A stretch of DNA of 64,000 nucleotides from Chiloscyllium plagiosum (taxonomy: Eukaryota). Numbering within the stretch: position 1 is the stretch's first letter; each line of letters opens with the position of its first letter. Position numbers and translations under genes: made by a program. The notes beneath the pieces were generated by a model. That model was not told the DNA's origin. It made no database searches and was given only the letters and a program-made list of their open reading frames with translations. The stretch is from the NCBI RefSeq assembly GCF_004010195.1, contig NC_057713.1, positions 89,049,770-89,113,769 on the forward strand, read 5' to 3'. This document shows positions 62,401 through 64,000 of this stretch, piece by piece.

Positions 62401-63108
62401 ATAACAATTTCTGAAGCCATACGTCGTAGCATTGTTGATGCTATTACAGGGCAGAGGTTGTTGGAAGCCCAGGCCTGTACAGGAGGTATAATAAATCCTG
62501 GAAATGGTCAAAAACTGCTCATTCACGATGCTGTATCTCAGGCTATTATTGATGAAGACATGGGAAAGAGATTAAAGCCAGCACAGAAAGCATATGTTGG
62601 GTTTGAAGATGTGAAGAGCAAAAAAAGGCTGTCTGCGGTAGAAGCAATGCAAGAAAATTGGTTACCGTATGAAGCCGGACAACGATTCCTTGAGTATCAG
62701 ATGGCGACAGGTGGACTCGTTGTACCAAATGTTTCAGGACGAATTACTGTTGATGAAGCAGTAAGAAAAGGTTTCATGGGTGCCAAAACAGCAGAGAAAC
62801 TGAAAGATACCAGTAGCCATTCAAAAAGCCTAACCTGTCCTAAAACAAAATTGAAGATTTCATATAAAGAGGCAGTAGATCGATCTATGGTTGAAGATAA
62901 AACTGGCCTACGGATGTTGGAAGCTGCATCATTTTCTACAAAAGGAATTAACAGTGCTTATAATACAGGTGGATTCTCTGGACCAAATTCGCGTTCAGGT
63001 TCTCGTTCAGGTTCACGAAGCGGGTCACGAAGAGGAAGTTTTGACGCCACCTCCTACAATGTGTCTGTCAGTACACACACAACCCATTTGAGCACTTCCA
63101 TGCGCTAA
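1467..63108 (+). CDS. DSP: Desmoplakin (DSP or DSP-like paralogue), multi-exon and 5'-partial; exons 2-24 by human numbering
   Basis: 23 GT-AG exons with compatible phases give one 7873-nt open frame. It encodes a plakin/spectrin-repeat head with SH3, a coiled-coil rod, three plakin repeat domains (A, B, C) and a GSRS-repeat tail. Many exon lengths match human DSP as recalled (129, 162, 105, 96, 126, 155, 127, 202, 139, 194, 163, 84, 108, 99). Confidence 0.95.
2400..2975 (+). mobile_element. Degenerate CR1-type LINE 3' fragment
   Basis: Decayed similarity to the better-preserved CR1 RT C-terminus copies in this window; ends in (tctatg)-like repeats. Boundaries approximate. Confidence 0.6.
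6591..7547. mobile_element. Possible solo-LTR-like element (about 250 bp) hosting a scrambled Tx1/L1 insertion
   Basis: Interrupts the CR1; ends gtag...ctaca; tacag at 6586-6590 and 7544-7548. The LTR identity is tentative. Confidence 0.35.
6735..7428 (-). mobile_element. Rearranged 3' end of a Tx1/L1-type LINE with multiple poly(A) tracts
   Basis: Minus-strand peptide LLLGLTKLAINRSRQRAVEGVIRADCLPLFRGYV resembles the Tx1-clade ORF2 C-terminus. GC-rich and CpG-rich, so probably young. Poly-T tracts on + strand; flanked by cactcctgttatat repeats. Confidence 0.65.
8613..9300 (-). mobile_element. CR1/HER1 LINE 3' fragment
   Basis: ORFs 8695-9057 and 9097-9288 encode YRERLNRLGLFSLECRRLRGDLIEVYKIM, the CR1 RT C-terminus; tail ctctatgactct. 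Confidence 0.9.
9453..9604 (+). CDS. DSP: DSP exon 3 (DLDAFDVG...KPYESIQK)
   Basis: tttacag acceptor, AG|gtaagg donor, 152 nt, phase 0 to 2. Confidence 0.88.
10230..10456. mobile_element. MITE / non-autonomous Tc1-mariner (Tigger-like) DNA transposon
   Basis: Terminal inverted repeats tagatatcccccgcttt and aaagcgggggatacctg, with TA on both sides (10228-29, 10457-58). Confidence 0.75.
11392..11431 (-). ncRNA. Minimal type I hammerhead ribozyme motif in PLE (antisense copy)
   Basis: Reverse complement gca CTGATGA t gtcgcctagccaggggac GAAAC GTT tgc, with stem I gca/tgc intact. Confidence 0.72.
11977..12016 (+). ncRNA. Minimal type I hammerhead ribozyme motif in PLE (sense copy)
   Basis: gca CTGATGA t gtc-g-cct agcc agg-g-gac GAAAC GTT tac: intact core, stem II and ACGU palindrome in place of stem III; one mismatch in stem I. 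Confidence 0.7.
13222..13384 (+). CDS. DSP: DSP exon 4 (VNFHRNQMRAISKAI...ELFSWLHQQK)
   Basis: gtgcag acceptor, AAG|gtaagt donor, 163 nt. Matches human QMRALYKAI...WDE...GWMRQQR. Confidence 0.9.
14956..15296 (+). mobile_element. HE1-like tRNA-derived SINE
   Basis: Pol III A box (tggctcagtgg) and B box (ggttcaattcc); body gccatgctaaattgccc shared with the 34470 and 56130 copies; CR1-like tail. Confidence 0.85.
15710..15838 (+). CDS. DSP: DSP exon 5 (SLMDMQDWGVD...KARMEQ)
   Basis: aaacag acceptor, CAG|gtaatt donor, 129 nt, WGVD motif. Confidence 0.93.
17863..17931 (+). CDS. DSP: DSP exon 6 (QGNFSESSREHMQALQNEYDSML)
   Basis: ttcctcatgtag acceptor, TTG|gtgagc donor, 69 nt in frame. Ends like human LEEEYENLL. 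Confidence 0.82.
18038..18199 (+). CDS. DSP: DSP exon 7 (KASTERLEQL...EIMWINDREEEELVHDWSDKN...EAFS)
   Basis: caatag acceptor, TCT|gtaagt donor, 162 nt, strong plakin motif. Confidence 0.96.
18355..18870 (-). mobile_element. CR1/HER1 LINE 3' fragment
   Basis: Diverged copy of the 8613-9300 sequence (agagtcatag...acagacccttcagtccaac...caacatcctggtaaatctcttctgaaccctctcc). Confidence 0.8.
19976..20080 (+). CDS. DSP: DSP exon 8 (MMMSKLEEKEKQLN...HPAADKIE)
   Basis: tgttag acceptor, GAG|gtgggg donor, 105 nt. Confidence 0.95.
20240..20345. mobile_element. Degenerate fragment related to the 63730-63826 hammerhead element family
   Basis: gtgttggagaaactcagcacgcctggcagcatatgtagg resembles gctggaaaatctcagcaggtctggcagcatctgaagg at about 63740. 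Confidence 0.5.
20364..20410. repeat. (CT)n microsatellite
   Basis: Seen directly in the sequence. Confidence 0.95.
21476..21571 (+). CDS. DSP: DSP exon 9 ([32 protein letters not shown])
   Basis: ttgcag acceptor, CAG|gtatgc donor, 96 nt. Confidence 0.96.
22185..22615 (-). mobile_element. Degenerate CR1 LINE internal fragment
   Basis: Minus ORF ITREKVLSKLSGWKADK; reverse complement of the 5870-6200 type sequence. Confidence 0.65.
22766..22891 (+). CDS. DSP: DSP exon 10 (FFEDAQATE...MITESE)
   Basis: ttatag acceptor, GAG|gtattc donor, 126 nt. Confidence 0.94.
23725..23889 (+). CDS. DSP: DSP exon 11 (KDKEKIHEYKRQV...ALCDYKQDQ; start of SH3)
   Basis: tggcag acceptor, CAG|gtacag donor, 165 nt. 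Confidence 0.95.
24100..25520 (+). mobile_element. CR1/HER1 LINE RT region and 3' end (frameshifted)
   Basis: Peptides FKKGGKEKPGSYRPVSLT, LYRTLVRPLLEYCVQFWSP and YRERLNKLGLFSL. Confidence 0.92.
25901..26087. mobile_element. Short fold-back PLE-derived element (family A) with mutated hammerhead
   Basis: Arms aaaaatgtgttgctggaaaagcgcagcaggtcagg and cctgacctgctgtacttttccagcaacacatttt. Core ggaatc CTGAAGA a gggcttatgtct AAAAC att gattc. TSD ggttggatcaa at 25890-25900 and 26088-26098. Confidence 0.8.
26241..26610 (+). mobile_element. tRNA-derived SINE (second family)
   Basis: A-box-like tggcacagtgg, B-box-like gggttccaatcc, A-rich end. Boundaries approximate. Confidence 0.6.
26872..27173 (-). 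mobile_element. HE1-like SINE, diverged
   Basis: Reverse complement of the HE1 body (catctaatctgcatatctttttgactgtgggag...aaactccacacag). Confidence 0.7.
27329..27483 (+). CDS. DSP: DSP exon 12 (RVVHRGDECILLDNSQRSKW...VPSVCLLIPPPN; SH3)
   Basis: ttttag acceptor, AA|gtagga donor, 155 nt. Confidence 0.95.
27591..27717 (+). CDS. DSP: DSP exon 13 (IDQYYEAILSLWNQLYINMKSLVSWQYC...)
   Basis: attcag acceptor, GTG|gtaaga donor, 127 nt. Confidence 0.96.
28511..29010. other. Assembly gap (500 N) in DSP intron 13
   Basis: Run of N. Exon phases on either side are compatible, so no exon needs to be missing. Confidence 0.99.
29578..29779 (+). CDS. DSP: DSP exon 14 (LRTMSREDY...EEERKNDR)
   Basis: tttcag acceptor, G|gtttgt donor, 202 nt, phase 1. 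Confidence 0.9.
30534..30727 (+). CDS. DSP: DSP exon 15 (PVIIQAVAAPP...ELQKIRRRLE...SELE)
   Basis: atacag acceptor, GAG|gtgagt donor, 194 nt, phase 1 to 0. Confidence 0.88.
33120..33292 (+). CDS. DSP: DSP exon 16 (LAQDELNTIDDD...FSSAYLE)
   Basis: gtacag acceptor, AG|gtgagt donor, 173 nt, phase 0 to 2. Confidence 0.88.
34470..34782 (+). mobile_element. HE1-like tRNA-derived SINE ending in (aatct)n next to the exon 17 acceptor
   Basis: A box, HE1 body and tail tactgtagggaatctaatct. Confidence 0.88.
34803..34941 (+). CDS. DSP: DSP exon 17 (MKALKLLFQNILEAEDVIKVYEARLTEEET...NLK)
   Basis: ttttag acceptor, AAG|gtaaac donor, 139 nt. Confidence 0.95.
35400..36137 (+). mobile_element. CR1/HER1 LINE 3' fragment
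   Basis: ORF 35480-35872 encodes [31 protein letters not shown]; tail ctctatgactct. Confidence 0.92.
37520..38330 (+). mobile_element. Degenerate CR1 LINE fragment
   Basis: RLSEWARTWQVEYNVKK; gagccttggtgagaccacatctggagtattgt. Confidence 0.75.
39076..39269 (+). CDS. DSP: DSP exon 18 (KMKSELDQKK...DRWQRINKEIDS)
   Basis: poly-T tag acceptor, AG|gttggg donor, 194 nt. Confidence 0.93.
39455..40855 (+). mobile_element. CR1 LINE 3' fragments (two adjacent pieces)
   Basis: LYKAPVRPHLEYCEQFW and EIRRNFFSQRVVNLWHSLP; tails cctatgtcttatg (about 40330) and cctatattgtatg (about 40850). Confidence 0.8.
41845..42007 (+). CDS. DSP: DSP exon 19 (YLDLDKEYRQLKDY...QLNEQK)
   Basis: atgcag acceptor, AAG|gttggt donor, 163 nt. 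Confidence 0.93.
43594..43677 (+). CDS. DSP: DSP exon 20 (KLYAEIKGKRGNVEAYQKHADLCATSVK)
   Basis: gaatag acceptor, AAG|gtaaga donor, 84 nt. Confidence 0.93.
43765..43872 (+). CDS. DSP: DSP exon 21 (DYELQLASYSAGLETLLNIPIKR...ILHE)
   Basis: aaacag acceptor, GAG|gtgtgt donor, 108 nt. Confidence 0.96.
45264..45359 (-). mobile_element. Single-arm family A PLE-derived insert with degenerate hammerhead
   Basis: Reverse complement gattc CTGCTGA a gggcttgtgccc AAAAC gtt gattctcc; TSD tgtat(c/a)gtatctg at 45251-45263 and 45360-45372. Confidence 0.72.
45500..46230 (+). mobile_element. Old CR1/L2-type LINE 3' fragment with small nested insert
   Basis: Similar to 55900-56760 (gaagcttgacaccatccagaacaaag...ccacctagaaggacaagg). 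Confidence 0.6.
46715..46995 (+). mobile_element. CR1/HER1 3' end
   Basis: ggttcaaggtgcgaaggggaagtttaaaagagatgtg...; (gttcttt)n tail. Confidence 0.7.
47505..48730 (-). mobile_element. Old LINE 3' fragment with a nested CR1 3' end (about 47857-48320)
   Basis: Reverse complement of the 45500-46230 and 55900-56760 type sequence, interrupted by taagaacagaagaactagg...cattcagtaagatcatggctga. Confidence 0.6.
48860..49840 (+). mobile_element. Highly degenerate CR1 LINE RT fragment
   Basis: Decayed RT motifs (gaattatttttgaagaggtgac; ttaggaaattggctgaat). Confidence 0.55.
50329..50427 (+). CDS. DSP: DSP exon 22 (SADLQSRYIELLTRSGDYYKYLSEMLKNMEEVK)
   Basis: atttag acceptor, AAG|gtgaat donor, 99 nt. Confidence 0.96.
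50736..52553 (+). CDS. DSP: DSP exon 23, coiled-coil rod (IKNTKIELLEE...FQKQALE), 606 codons
   Basis: atacag acceptor, GAG|gtacat donor. E/K/R/L/Q-rich heptad sequence whose termini match human LKNTKIEVLEE and FQKQALE. Confidence 0.95.
52707..52901. mobile_element. Short fold-back PLE-derived element (family A) with truncated hammerhead
   Basis: Arms aatgtgttgctggaaaagcgcagcaggtcaggcagcatccaaggagcagg and cctgctccttggatgctgtctgacctgctgcgcttttccagcaacata; TSD taattgtgg at 52698-52706 and 52902-52910. Confidence 0.8.
55170..56770 (+). mobile_element. Old CR1/L2-type LINE RT-to-3' fragment with nested HE1 SINE
   Basis: gcatttgaccaagtgtggcat (AFDxVWH) and ttcatcaatgaccttcc...atgtttgctgatg (FINDLP..MFAD). 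Confidence 0.7.
56130..56437 (+). mobile_element. HE1-like tRNA-derived SINE
   Basis: A/B boxes, HE1 body and (aatct)n tail. Confidence 0.88.
56771..56980 (-). mobile_element. PLE-derived 3' fragment (family B) with hammerhead motif at 56821-56855
   Basis: Reverse complement tac CTGATGA a ggagc atc gctct GAAA GCTA gtg; end sequence aaaatcacacaa...gtccaaca shared with 45630-45670. Confidence 0.65.
56985..58660 (+). mobile_element. Degenerate CR1 LINE (RT to 3' end)
   Basis: ORF 57992 encodes YNFEKCKIIH...LYCSLMRPHFEC...VIQRRFTGLIP. Confidence 0.75.
59956..63108 (+). CDS. DSP: DSP exon 24 coding part: end of rod, plakin repeat domains A/B/C, linker and GSRS tail; TAA stop
   Basis: tttag acceptor then ATNMIQQ. 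Repeated LLEAQAATGxIIDP plectin repeats; C-terminal SRSGSRSGSRSGSRRGSFDA. Confidence 0.97.
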   Translation, partial: ATNMIQQTHSAQKEILQEKESLLLKIKLLEQDKSRLQRYEDDLSRIKAQLEAESRLKQRLQDEIDAVKSDLSYWKNQAEIRQLEKGKTSNEFEQLKAEIDRLKLELRMTEERYRQKLEESERTKRSELEALHIKTKLEIEKLSREVPTFNKQTQTENIVTVDSSKLLFDGVRKKVTANQLYDCQLIDKSTLDQLLRGQKTTMDVSDEIKLNLRGLENIAGVYSQKNGEKLSMSEATKRNILTPDVALSLLEAQAATGHIIDPNKNKKMTVDEAVAVGLVDYKDRDKLLAAEKAATGFKDPFTGKAISLYEAMKKDIVDRETGLRLFAAQIAAGGIIDSVNSVYLPKELAYKRGLIDAEMYQTLASPFDDSKIFVDPNTKTKVSYQQLKLACRTDPGTDLLLLPVEKHEIMIPGIRADVSVDHLVEAKVIDKNTAAALAHGTVTVEQISDKYRGYLQGSNSISGVYVEATKEKLPIYHAMRKGLLRQGTALELLEAQAATGFVVDPVNNQKLTVEDAAAKGIIGQEFKSKLLSAERAVTGYKDPETGNTISLFQAMRKGLIEHSHGIRLLEAQIATGGIIDPKHSHRLPVDVAYKRNYFDEELNEILMDPDDDTKGFFDPNTEENLTYLQLVDRCITDKSTGLCLLPLREKKKESKTTRSSAVRKRRVVIVDPDTNQEMTVREAYHKDLIDYETFLELSEQEAEWEEITITGSDGTTRTVIVDRKTGNQYDIEESLKKGLIDNKSLDAYRSGSMTLTQFADMFTDKINISTYNGSAPNSLTNLNPCLSPTIKITSFESLDDASPIAAIFDIETLEKITISEAIRRSIVDAITGQRLLEAQACTGGIINPGNGQKLLIHDAVSQAIIDEDMGKRLKPAQKAYVGFEDVKSKKRLSAVEAMQENWLPYEAGQRFLEYQMATGGLVVPNVSGRITVDEAVRKGFMGAKTAEKLKDTSSHSKSLTCPKTKLKISYKEAVDRSMVEDKTGLRMLEAASFSTKGINSAYNTGGFSGPNSRSGSRSGSRSGSRRGSFDATSYNVSVSTHTTHLSTSMR

Positions 63109-63273
63109 CCGTTTGCTACAAATATCAAAGCAATGTGGATTTTCGAAATTTGTTGAAGATCCAAATCTTTACTTTTATTTTCAGATTGTTTTATTCCACA
63201 CCTGTGCCCTGTCAAAATCAGTACCTGTTTAATTTGTGCTATGTTTATTAATCAATATCCCAAGATTTCAAAT

Positions 63274-63279
63274 AATAAA
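63274..63279 (+). promoter_or_regulatory. Candidate polyadenylation signal AATAAA for DSP
   Basis: First AATAAA after the stop codon, about 165 nt downstream; not confirmed by transcript data. Confidence 0.5.
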
Positions 63280-63562
63280 CGATTCACTTAGGTTAGCTTG
63301 TCAGCTGAGGTGAGGTATTAAGAGATTGCCCACTTGTGTGCATTATCAGCCACATGGTACCATTAGAGAGCTGGGATGCTATGGAAGACTGATGGCCCAA
63401 CCCACATTCAAAATTGAAGACTGCAGCTGACACACACATCCCCAAATGCCACAATAACTCTCATAGCCAGTGATATTTATATGGGAATTATGAGGTTATG
63501 GGAGATTACCTAATACTTTACCATGCAATTGCTAAGCATCTGGCTCCTTTGATAGATAATAC

Positions 63563-63826
63563 CTGAAGCAAAACAAAAACAAAATATTGACGCTGGAAAT
63601 CTAAAATGAAAGTATAGTATTGAAAATGATGAGAGACTGGGAGGCAGGGTTCAGGTTTCAAGTCAAGAATAACACCGCTCCAAAATAGATTGTGTGCTCT
63701 ATTCTGAAGAAGGGTCACCATTCACCTCCAAAAGAGAAAATGCTGGAAAATCTCAGCAGGTCTGGCAGCATCTGAAGGAGAGAAAAGAGCTGACGTTTCG
63801 AGTTTAACTAACCCTTTGTCAAAGCT
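63563..63826 (-). mobile_element. PLE-derived fragments (family C) with hammerhead motif
   Basis: gctggaaaatctcagcaggtctggcagcatc arm similar to family A; ctgaagaagggtc remnant at about 63704; minus-strand hammerhead at 63788-63826. Confidence 0.6.
63788..63826 (-). ncRNA. Minimal hammerhead ribozyme motif, U3-A8 core variant
   Basis: Reverse complement agct TTGACAA a gggt tagttaa actc GAAAC GTC agct: perfect 4-bp stem I, 4-bp stem II, GUC cleavage triplet. Confidence 0.65.
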
Positions 63827-64000
63827 GTGTGCAAGTACCTGTAATCCTGGAGGCTGCATGCAGGGTGGAATTTGAATTAAAATCCATGTGGAGTAAGTCG
63901 GAGGTGAAGACAGTCACCGAGGAAGGAAATATGGCTGTGGAAGCGAGTCTTAGTAAGTACCTTGTCTAACACTCAGAGAAAAGGAAAGCAGTGAAGGTGG

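Overview
Vertebrate genomic DNA, almost certainly from a cartilaginous fish (shark), judged from HE1-type tRNA SINEs, abundant CR1/HER1 LINE 3' ends and the protein sequence. It has one 500-N assembly gap (28511-29010). The window holds nearly all of a + strand desmoplakin gene (DSP or a DSP-like paralogue): 23 GT-AG coding exons equivalent to human exons 2-24, from 1467 to the stop at 63108. They join into one open frame of 7873 nt (about 2623 aa; exon 1 lies upstream of the window). Most short ORFs in the track are spurious or LINE debris. The most interesting non-genic signal is a set of Penelope-like (PLE) insertions carrying minimal hammerhead-ribozyme motifs from at least 4 sequence families. 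Several form fold-back palindromes with target-site duplications, and one has a compensatory U3-A8 catalytic core. Other notable features are a Tx1/L1 integration scar that repeats its target site four times, a 79-bp duplication around a 59-bp insert, a SINE inserted at an exon's branch point, and a rod exon about 160 codons shorter than human that lacks the DSPII splice donor. Comparisons with human DSP and repeat-family names come from memory and were not database-checked.
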